This document shows positions 13,819 through 24,500 of a stretch of 64,000 nucleotides of DNA, piece by piece. Source of the DNA: Tubulanus polymorphus (Eukaryota > Animalia > Nemertea). Under the pieces are notes generated by a model. The model was not told the DNA's origin, ran no database searches, and was given only the letters and a program-made list of their open reading frames with translations. Numbering within the stretch: position 1 is the stretch's first letter; every line of letters begins with the position of its first letter. The DNA is taken from NCBI RefSeq assembly GCF_964204645.1, contig NC_134032.1, forward strand, positions 14,496,275 through 14,560,274, written 5' to 3'. A program made the translations under genes and the position numbers.

Positions 13819-14455
13819 ACATTCATCTCAATGATAATAAAGACTCCATTTTCAATTGTACAGGATCCAGTTGCCCGGTTGCGAGGCGAGATTTGAGATT
13901 TTTAACTCGCTCACAACTGTAGAACTCGGAATTTGTGTACATTTCACTCTGTTAGAATACATTTTCATCGTCATGTTATCGATATCTAATCTAAAGACAA
14001 TAATAAGCCTCGAACTACTGAAGCCTAGTTCACGTAGAAAGGTGACGCGCTTAATATAAAACGAGCATTTCTAAAACATTACACACGGCAATAATTTACA
14101 AATTTCAGACTGACGGCAATTTGAGGATCTCGACGAAAAACGACTCGTAAAAAGCCACACGAAAAAACAAAATAATACATTCAGACAAAAATACAGATAG
14201 GCAGTATATACGCTCGTCGATATACAATGTAAAAATGTACTACAATGTATTGATATCAGGACATGGATTGAATGCATACATTAATTACTTTAAATACACT
14301 GACAGTGATTACAATGTCTAACCCAATACACTGTAACTGGACCCTACATCCCCTGCTGAACCTGAACGATAAACCCCGGAGCAGGCTACAATGTAAGAGA
14401 TGGCCGAGAGATTACGACGTAAAACTACAATATAAGAGACAACTGTTGAGATATT

Positions 14456-15757
14456 CTAGCGAAGTAGACTATGATGATGATGATCCGTAGAATTGTTTCT
14501 AGGCGACGAATTGTTGCTACGTTGTTGTAAAGTCTGTTGTAACAATGCTTCGATACCGGTCATCATCGCGTTGTGAGCAGACGTAGAATTACTCGCGGCT
14601 GAGTCCGGTTTGCGGTTGAATTGAGAGAACATCGTCATCACGCCCAGAGCGATATCAGCCTGAAATATAAACCACCAGTTAAATAAACAATTTTATTTTT
14701 AAGTGTTGAATTTAACCCGTTCAGTACTGACTAATCAAAAACCCAAAAGTGCTGGGTCCAGTTCCACAGTTGTGAGTCAAGATTTGACTCATTGAAAATG
14801 AACTAACTCTTACTCACAATTGTGGAACTTGGTCCCGGAGATAATTTGAAAATTAGAAATTCCAACGCAGCGGCATATCGCTGGACAAATCTACACCGCA
14901 GGATTAAGAAAATAAATGCAGGTATAACTTAGTCACAAAGGATGCGGCATATTCACAGCATTGGTGTTCCTTTGAATCACCAGGGGGCGCAATGTATCAC
15001 TGAAGGTGAAATACAATTTCTACTGTGAAAGCGGCAGGGTAGTTAAACTAGTTTCCAGTTCATCCACCAGGTGGCATGACACCGGTTACTAGTTAATCTA
15101 TCCATCAGATGGCGATACTGATGGTTCTCAGCTGATAGTCGTGTCGTCCACCAGGTGGCTAGTTGTTACGTATCGATCCACTAGAGGGAGCTATATATTT
15201 ACCTGATCACTCCAGCCGACTCCGTACCTCCACTCCGTCACGTAGTGTTCACAGTTTCTCGTCAGTAAATTATACTCCAAGTTCTCTCCGAGTTGCGAAC
15301 GAGCTCGGGTTATAATCTCATCCACCGGTAGCGCCACCAGTCCACGTTCTTTAGCCGGCACTTCTCGATTGTTGACACGAACGCGACTGGCTCCGGCGAT
15401 GTCGACCAGATCGTCGAGACGACACGCGACGTTCTCCTGAGAGATTTCAGAGTTTTCGCCGGTGATGTGAATCGCTTTTCCATCGCCGACGTATAACGCC
15501 CAATGGCAGTAAATAGTACGATTGATTTCGATCAAATCCCCCGGCTCCGCCTGCAGGTCGCTGGCCCGTATAAAGTTACCGAGCGGGCTCATCAGAATCG
15601 GGGATCCGCCCCGCTGCGGATTCGCACCACCACGGGCTACTACATCCTCGGGCCGCCATGCCCGACGGGACGGTGGCGTCGACGGGCTGCTCAATCGTGT
15701 ATCACCATGACAACGGCGGCTGCTCTGATTATTATTGTTGTAGTTATTAGCTTCCAT
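14456..15757 (-). CDS. PLAAT/HRASLS (LRAT-domain, permuted NlpC/P60) phospholipase/acyltransferase-like protein
   Basis: Exon 15757-15203 contains PGDLIEI..YCHWALYVGDG..IHITG..YNLLTRNCEHYVT..RYG (His/His/Cys triad). It splices (CAG|gtaaat...ttcag|GCT) to exon 14659-14456. Confidence 0.88.
14978..15191 (+). promoter_or_regulatory. Cluster of five co-oriented CTCF-core-like motifs
   Basis: CACCAGGGGGCGC, CCACCAGGTGGCA, CCATCAGATGGCG, CCACCAGGTGGCT, CCACTAGAGGGAGC. Confidence 0.55.
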
Positions 15758-17230
15758 TCACGGTTTGAAGTCGATGTGAAATGAAAAAAGTGAATTTTTG
15801 AACCGAACAAACGAAAATGTGTCTTGACTAGTCTTGTTTGTATAACAACAACGTAACGTTCTGCTGCTGCTGTGAACCAATAAAAACACGAATATTGCGA
15901 AATTAACAGCAAAAAGTCAAATGTCGATCACTATAATTATTAATGATAACTATCTTGTACTAATTACTTATCGATTGATTGATCTCAGGTGTTCAATAAG
16001 CCGTAAACACGCCGAAAAGTAAGATTCCGTTAGAGCGTTGATTTGTTATGGTTATAGAGATTCCTGGATATTTCTGGAAAATTACCCGCAGTCGTCGGCT
16101 CCCGGCGTCTATTTGACCTAGATAATTCGGCGCTTGGTTTTAACTAATTATTCATAAATTTATTATTTTACTCTCTATTTTTACATATTCAATAATAATT
16201 TGAAAGTTTTATTTGAAAAAAAAGATAGAATATTAACTAATAAATAAAAAGAATTTAACTTTGTATGACGCCGCGAACCATCAAATTGAATTCAATTCCA
16301 AATTTATTGGCAAAGGTAAAAGATTATGTTTACAACGTCAGATTCAAATAAGTTAATATATTTTAGTGAAAGAGAATAAAATAAGGTAATAATCAAATAG
16401 CTTAATGGTAATTTCTGAGTTAACCTGTATAATAATGATATGATATAAATTGAAGTCAAATCAAATTGCTTTATTCCACTCCAACCTCAAGGTCGTAGAC
16501 CGTGCACGAAGAAATTTGCGCAAGATATTTTAATTACACGAACTTATATTGGTAGACACAGGGTACCGCGGGTAATGCGCTTGTGACTAAGCTGACATCC
16601 AAACTCAGAAAAGAATTCTACCCCATTATCCGAAAAGGTAAGTCACAATTTGAAGAGTTGCCAAATAATTTTCAAGACTGACAACGTCATGAACGTCGTC
16701 GACACTTGTCACTGTTACTGCGGGGTAATAAATTTAGCCTACACTTATCAATCATCACTGACTGGAGCTTCAGATGGCTACCAGAATAGGAACTGCAACT
16801 GCAGTGCAAAATTACCCAACCCTATAGGCCGTGTCCGCGAAGTATCACACCTGCCTATTTGCATCAATCAATAAATTATTGAATAATTGACTTGTGTAAC
16901 TGAAAAATTTCCACTAATAATTAAGAAGACTGAGTGAGTATTTTAAACTACTGGATCCAGTTCCACAGTCCCTAGTTAAGATTTAACTCTGAGTTAACTC
17001 ATTTAAAATGAACTATCTATAACTCAAGAGTTAACTCTACCTCACAACTGTCGAACTGGATCCTGAGTTCAGAGTTAACTTTAACTCACAATTGCGAAAC
17101 TGGATCCTGAGTTCAGAGTTAACTCTAACTCACAACTGTGAAACTGGATCCTGGCAGTTACTCAAATGCCACTGTAGCATTCTCCATAGTAATCTTCTGT
17201 TTTATTGTAATTATTTCACAGATTGACACG

Positions 17231-17515
17231 ATGGACGACATTGACCCGAATTTATCGACGGAGAATTTGGAAAAACAGCAAGAACAACGAACGTTTCTAC
17301 GCGAGCGTTTTCTCCGCGCAATGAACGGACTCGTAAACAAATCAATTCAAATTCAAATGTATGGTGAAACACGAGTGAACGCCGACTTCGGTAGCGCGGA
17401 TATCGAATTTCAGAAAATACACGTCTGTAACCTAGCAACACCGATGGGCGTGTTACCGAACGCATTGTTGCGAACAACCGATATCATCTCGTTAAATGTG
17501 GAATTAAGTTCATGA
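17231..17515 (+). CDS. GEMIN7: Gem-associated protein 7 (SMN complex)
   Basis: EQRTFLRERFLR..F.SADIEF..IHVCNLATPMGVLPNALLRTTDII matches the Gemin7 Sm-like fold. An acceptor (tttcacag) lies at 17221 just before the ATG; a likely 5'UTR exon donor lies at ~16638. Confidence 0.92.
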   Translation: MDDIDPNLSTENLEKQQEQRTFLRERFLRAMNGLVNKSIQIQMYGETRVNADFGSADIEFQKIHVCNLATPMGVLPNALLRTTDIISLNVELSS

Positions 17516-18566
17516 TTATGTGTGGACAACTTTGTTAATACAGGCAAAACCCACTTAATCTAGATCAGCTTAATCCGCATTTTGGTGATATCCGGGCAAG
17601 ATTTGCAGTCCATTTATTCATGTTAGGTAAATAACTTTTAATCCGGATTTCCTGTAAACCTGAAGAGCGGATGAATTTCGTTGGTCCCAAAATGATCTGA
17701 AGCAGGTTCTACCAAATGCTTTTGAGCCAAATAAAACTTTTAGTATTGAATATCTTCGTCATTCACTTTCTATGCATAATTTATCCATATTTTAGGTTGA
17801 GGCTCTAATTGCACCATTCTCTACTGCCAATCAGGACTACTCAGAATGGACATTCATTGAATGGGTTCGAACCCAAGACATTCATCCTCTATCCACTCCA
17901 GAATCTGAGGCAGCATTTTGAATTGAACCCACTACACCCCTGTACATCATATAGCATCAGGGTCAACCATTATCAATAGACCAGGTTCCAACTCGTTGAT
18001 CCTCAAATAGCACCAGGATCATCAACAATCCAATAAGCCGGGTCCTTAACCCGCCGATTTTAGTTCTCATAATTTCCGCCAATTGTTAATACAGGGGCAG
18101 CACGCAACGGTGACGATCTGATACTGCGAATACCTCTACCCGTGGCATGCGAGTAATAATTTAGTTCACACATTTACCGCTAATGCTTAATCTAGCAGCA
18201 GCACCTGACGGTCTAGCCCTAATAATTTTTCTTGCCACCGAATCTTAAATAATCGTAATTGTATTAATATTTATTCTTTATTACGTCCACCTTTCTACCT
18301 CTTCTTCAGACTCGCCCCTTCAAATGTAAATATACCCGAGGTGTGCTAGAGAATACTGAGAGGCCAGGCCATTTAACTAATCGGTATGCTCTCTAATGGT
18401 CCTCAACTTCCACACACCGACTTCAGAAATTCAACATAAACCAATCTTTTCAGCATCAGATGACAGATTGAACACCTGAACCAAAACCATAACGTAATTC
18501 GAAATAATTTTCTAAAGATTTTCCATCTTTATTCTATCAGGTTTTTTCATCTTTATAAATTATACT

Positions 18567-21500
18567 TTAATCGAATAAACCGAAACCCATGTCATCGTCG
18601 CTTTCCTCTTCCGACTCTTCCTTTGCCTCTTCTTTCTTCTCTTCAGCAGCACCCGAGCCAGCAGCTGGTGTGGCGGCAGCTGCTACAGCCGCGAACTTAC
18701 TAGGATCTGCCAAATATTCCTTCATCTGAAAAACCAACAAACAATCCTTAGTTTCAACTCACATGAACAGTTCAGGGAAAGACAGATAGGGGGCGATACT
18801 AACCGTTTCGGCTTCTTTGAATGTGATATCAGTGACGGCGGCGAGCGACAACAGATTCTTGAAACCGTTGACGATCGAATGCGGAACGGACGCGATTGTT
18901 GGATAACCGATCTGCAGCGACAGACTGGCGACGTTCGTCACACCCTGAAAATATATCAATCACCAAATATATCAGTTCACATTCATATATAACTAAACAG
19001 CTTTAGTACAGACAGCAGAGCCTCCTGGGTACTACTCAAAGACAGACCAGTGACCTTAAATTCCGATCCAATTTTATTACTCTCGGTGCAAGTCATTCCT
19101 AAGCTTAAGAACCCATGACACCAAAAATTCAAATTCACTGACTTTCCCTCGATTTTCATGAAACAGTTGCTACACCCTCGAATAAATCCTGAACTTGAGT
19201 GGGAGGGTTTAAACAGTCACTATACCCTCGAATAAATCCTGAACTTGAGTGGGAGGGTTTAAACAGTCACTATACCCTCAAATAAATCCTGAACTTGAGT
19301 GGGAGGTTTGTATGATCAGATGTTTGTCCCCTCAGGAGTCTGAATTTCACGGTTTCAGAACAGACAGACGCTTTAACGACAATTTCATTTCCCTGCCTTA
19401 TTCTTGTATGAAGAGTACGGAATAACTCTAAATACACTATCATTGTAACAGGTTGGGGGTGAAGGACCGATAGGCTAGCCAGACGTACAACATTATCTCA
19501 TCACAAATATATCATTGTTCGCGACCGTAGCAACCGAATTCAACAATGAAATCAGTTTTTATGCCTAGGCAACGTAGTTGATATTCCTGTATTTTCTCTC
19601 GTATCAAGAATAAAATAAATTCTAGATTCGCTATCATAACAGGATTAGAAAGATTAAGCACGGAATAGGACGAAAGGTAAATCTGTTCGTTAAAACCTTA
19701 AACAGGAGTCCGAGACTCATAGACAGAATCACTGACTATAAAACATTAACACTGTTCGTATTCCTGTCGGTTCCTTGTATTCAGAGCACTGAACAGCCTG
19801 ACTACAAATCTTATTAAACAGGAAAGGAAGAGGGGAGTTATAAATATCTTACCTGGAGGAATTTCTTCCGGATATCTTCGTCAGTAATATCCAGAACTTC
19901 AGGACTGAAAACCGTGCCGGAATCATAGACTGAAACAACAAATACGTAACATTAGAGACATTCGAATAAAATAGAACATCACTTTTTACATTTCAACTCC
20001 TAAAGCGTCTTGTGTCAGTAACGAGGAATTCAAAATGGAGAATTCATCAAGTTGAATTATGACAGGGTTAGTCATCATCCACAAACACTTTTAAAGGGAA
20101 CGAAGGCGTTAAACAATAGAGCATCATACACGGGATAAAAATAGGCTCACTCCAATCTCGAGGTCTTACACCTCATTAACATACAACTGTTAAGCAGTTC
20201 AGATGAGGATACAGTTGAATTTGCAGCTCAAATTGTCATAGTTGCCAAAGTCAGGATGATTATATCAATTACTAAGTTATGAATGAAGGACATTTTCAAG
20301 ATTTGCAAAAATTTCGCTTTATTTCAATCGAAGTCGCGAATGCTTGTGTCAGTAACGAGGAATTCAAAATAGAGAATTCATCAAGTTGAATTATGACAGG
20401 GTTAGTCATCATCCACAAACATAATGAGGCGAGGGGCGAACTGATGAAGGGGTGGCCATGCGATATACATACCCTGGTAGATTGTTAAACCGTACGAGAA
20501 CGGAGAGATGTTCAACATGTTCAATAAAGTGGCTTCACTGGCACCGACTTTATCACCTTCACTGATCAGTCTCACGTCATTCTGAAAGAAAATAAATTAT
20601 TCGTCAAAATCCATTTCAGATTTCCTTGAAGGGGAGGGGGCTACTACTCGAGTCTTATGCGGCTGCCATTTGATAGATAGGGGCTCGTATCAGAGTTGTA
20701 GGCAATGAATTTCGCGTTCGAAGACATATTTTTCACGAACTATTCATCGGAAGTTAACGGGACTAGGTTCGTTAGAAGCAGGAAGCTATTAGCTTTCATA
20801 TCATGCCTGGATTATCAAAATCGGATGAGAAATAACGAAATGGTAAGCGACTGAAGTTGAGTAGTTTGTGAGCGTCGTTAGCCCCCTTGTTATTTAATAT
20901 ATACTATATACATTGGATTAACAGATTATCGTTTTTACATTACCTACAACTCTGATACGAGCCCCTGTGATTTGATATTGTGGTTTGCATCTGGGACAAG
21001 TGGGACATGTCTATATACGGCTTACATGTCGACACAAGCCACCAACAGGGGTTATTCTTTTCATCACTAAGTATACCATGCAACTACCAGTATCACTTCG
21101 AGCCAACATGTTTAATCCCATCATTACTTTCATCAGAAGAGACCAATTTGACGGAACGTTGCCAAAAATCATTTATTGTCTTCAGTCGTTCAAGCGTGGT
21201 TCATCTTGCGAACCGCAGGCGTTGGTGGGTTCTACCATATTCTGGTGCCAACGCCGAGCGCGGTTCGTCGGACTGCTTGAATTTATCATCATCAGACATC
21301 AAATTTTCGAAGAATTAAAAACTTACCAAGATTTCGACCGTACCCCTAGCGATCTTCGTAGGGATCGAGAGAGCTTGGAAGAAAGAGGTTTTCTCCGGGC
21401 CGAGACCGGTGTTCTGTTTCGGGATGGTTACGTCAAGAGGGGCGATAGCTCCAGCCTTCGCCGGGGCTTGCACCTTATTCTCGAGAAGTTTCTGACGAAC

Positions 21501-24500
21501 GTCGTTCAAATCGTGTTTCGTGAAAACGAAGCCGACGTTTCCTTTCAAATGAGGCAACAATCTGAAACATGAAACGCCGAAAAATCAAAAACTAGGAAAA
21601 CGCAAATTAAAAATTCAGCGAAATAAAATTCTATCTTGGTTTTTGAAGTCGTAGCTCAGAAATATGTTTATAGCGTTGGATATTTTGAGAACAAGTTTTC
21701 TTCATCGTAATCAAAGCGAGCTGGGCTCAAATCATCATTGCTACGTGTTGATAACAGTTAAACCTTTCATGAATTTCATGGTAATTTTTCTAAGCCTGAT
21801 TTACAGGACCATTTCAAACCCCTAAACCTAATACATCCGTCTCTTAACAGTCACTATATCAGATCCTAACACAAAAAACTTATTTAAAAAAAAAAAAAAA
21901 ATTCACTTAGTCTTATCGTAAGATATATACATAACCCCAAAATATTAACAAATTGAAATTTTCTCAATGATTTTGCAAATTAAGTTGTCGTTTTGGTCGT
22001 AGCTCAGAAATATGTTTATAGCGTTGGATATTTTGAGAACAAGTTTTCTTCATCGTAATCAAAGCGAGCTGGGCTCAAATCATCATTGCTACGTGTTGAT
22101 AACAGTTAAACCTTTCATGAATTTCATGGTAATTTTTCTAAGCCTGATTTACAGGACCATTTCAAACCCCTAAACCTAATACATCCGTCTCTTAACAGTC
22201 ACTATATCAGATCCTAACACAAAAAACTTATTTAAAAAAAAAAAAAAAATTCACTTAGTCTTATCGTAAGATATATACATAACCCCAAAATATTAACAAA
22301 TTGAAATTTTCTCAATGATTTTGCAAATTAAGTTGTCGTTTTGGTCGTAGCTCAGAAATATGTTTATAGCGTTGGATATTTTGAGAACAAGTTTTCTTCA
22401 TCGTAATCAAAGCGAGCTGGGCTCAAATCATCATTGCTACGACCAGTTAAACTACCAAGATCACAAAATTATTGTTTAAACGGTGACAGTTCCTTGACTG
22501 CGCCTCGAGGGTTCATACAGATCAAAGGGAACCAAAAGGTCCCTGATTAAATTACAAAATACATGATCCAGTGAGTGGCTATTTCCATCAAGAACAACTA
22601 TGCACCAAAAAATTCTAATTTGCTGATTAGCATGATTAGATACAGTAGACTCCATCCATTCAAGTCAGATCTTTTCAAATTAAATTTTTGTCAAAATATG
22701 CTTGTGACAGTGAGATATCGAATATCACGACACAAGTCGGACATATTTTTCGGTCCCAAAAGGACAGCAGACTGTCTTACAGGTTCCCTAACGCAAATTA
22801 CTACTTACTTCTCTAACGAGGGATTGTTCTCGAGGTGACCGCGAATCGCTTTTCGCATCATCGTATTCTTACCGAACAGAATCTCCGATTCGCCGCGAAG
22901 AGACGAACGAATCTGTTGCATCTGCTTCGATCCGACATTGTCGGCGCCGACGATGAAACAGGTCGGGTATTCATCTAACAATCGCTACAAAAAACAAAAC
23001 ATAATCATCTTTAATATTCAATATCCAGCAATATTCATGAACACTTTGCCCAATTCGACTAACACCTTAACTGATCTTAATTTGACCCACTAATCCGCTA
23101 AGAATACAATCAATTAAAACACAGATGACAAGACCGATTCTAATAGATTATATGTGATTCAACCCAAACATCCCCGACTGTTCGTTCCTTTACTTATTTT
23201 CCTCCAAAATTCCCCTGACTATTCCATGAATCTCGGGTTTAGCTAGCTCTCGTGTCAATATTAGCCTTGTTATCGTTACGTAGCTCAGAAATATATTTTT
23301 AGCGTTGGATATTTTGAGAACAAGTTTTCTTCATCGTAATCAAAGCGAGCTGGGCTCAAATCATCATTGCTACGTGTTGATAACAGTTGAACCTTTCATG
23401 AATTTCATGGTAATTTTTCTAAGCCTGATTTACAGGACCATTTCAAACCCCTAAACCTAATACATCCGTCTCTTAACAGTCACTATATCAGATCCAAACA
23501 CAAAACTTATCTAAAAAAAAAAAAATTCACTTAAGTCTTATCGTAAGATACACACATGACCCCCAAATATTAACAAATTAAAATTTTCTCAACGATTTTG
23601 AAAAGTTGTCGTTTTGTTCGTAGCTCAGAAATATATTTATAGCGTTGGATATTTTGAGAACAAGTTTTCTTCACCGTAATCAAAGCGAGCTGGGCCCAAA
23701 TCATCATTGCTACGTTATGAACTTTTTAAAAACGACAAAAAAAAAGATTCGATATTCCGAAGATGAATATTGAAGAATGTTGCCCCATGTTCCAGGGTGA
23801 ACCGTACAATTAAACAGATACCCAACGATGCTATGGTTGGCGGAATTTTATTTAGCACAAAATAAACGACCTCATAAGGCAAGGAAATATACCTAACAAG
23901 GAGATACCATGTGCTGTCCTACATTTCAAGGTACCCAATGACATTAAATTCCACCCTTTAAGAATTAAATTAAGTTTGAAAAGTCCCTTGAAGTAATAAT
24001 TCTCGCAACATCTCCATCGCAATATAAGTCATCTTCAGGAATACAAAATGTTTGAACTAAATCATGAGATTTGTAATCTAGTCCAGAACAGAGAGCGACT
24101 AATAAATTTAAAACCCACTAAATACATCATTCAACAGCTTGGGGTTGTTGACTATAAACATGATGTGCTGTAACTATATTGGACATTCCTGTGGCTACCT
24201 TACGTATGAATAAAGTTTAGTTATAATTATAGTATAGTAAAGAACAACAGCGTTTGTCGTTTATCTCTTGAGTTTTAGCCCCACAAATTATTTCCATCAT
24301 TGGACACTATGGCCTCCACATCAACAGGGGTTTCTTGAAAAAAAAATCTGCACCAAATCTTCATCAGATTTCAGTAAATCTAGCTTTCAATCTGTTTTAA
24401 GTGATCTTTTAAAAAATAAAGGTATATAATATGTCTAAACCATTATTGAGAGGCAGACATCAGAAACTTGAGTATAGAAATATTTGAACTTCATAGATGC

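Noticed and set aside
19570-19600. ATATTCCTG resembling the U17/snR30 m1 motif
   Set aside because: It is on the non-transcribed strand with no m2 partner, and is explained as the stem/H-box region of an H/ACA candidate.
20985-21572. 195-aa + strand ORF
   Set aside because: It is antisense to an RPLP0 exon and an intronic C/D RNA, and has no recognisable domain.
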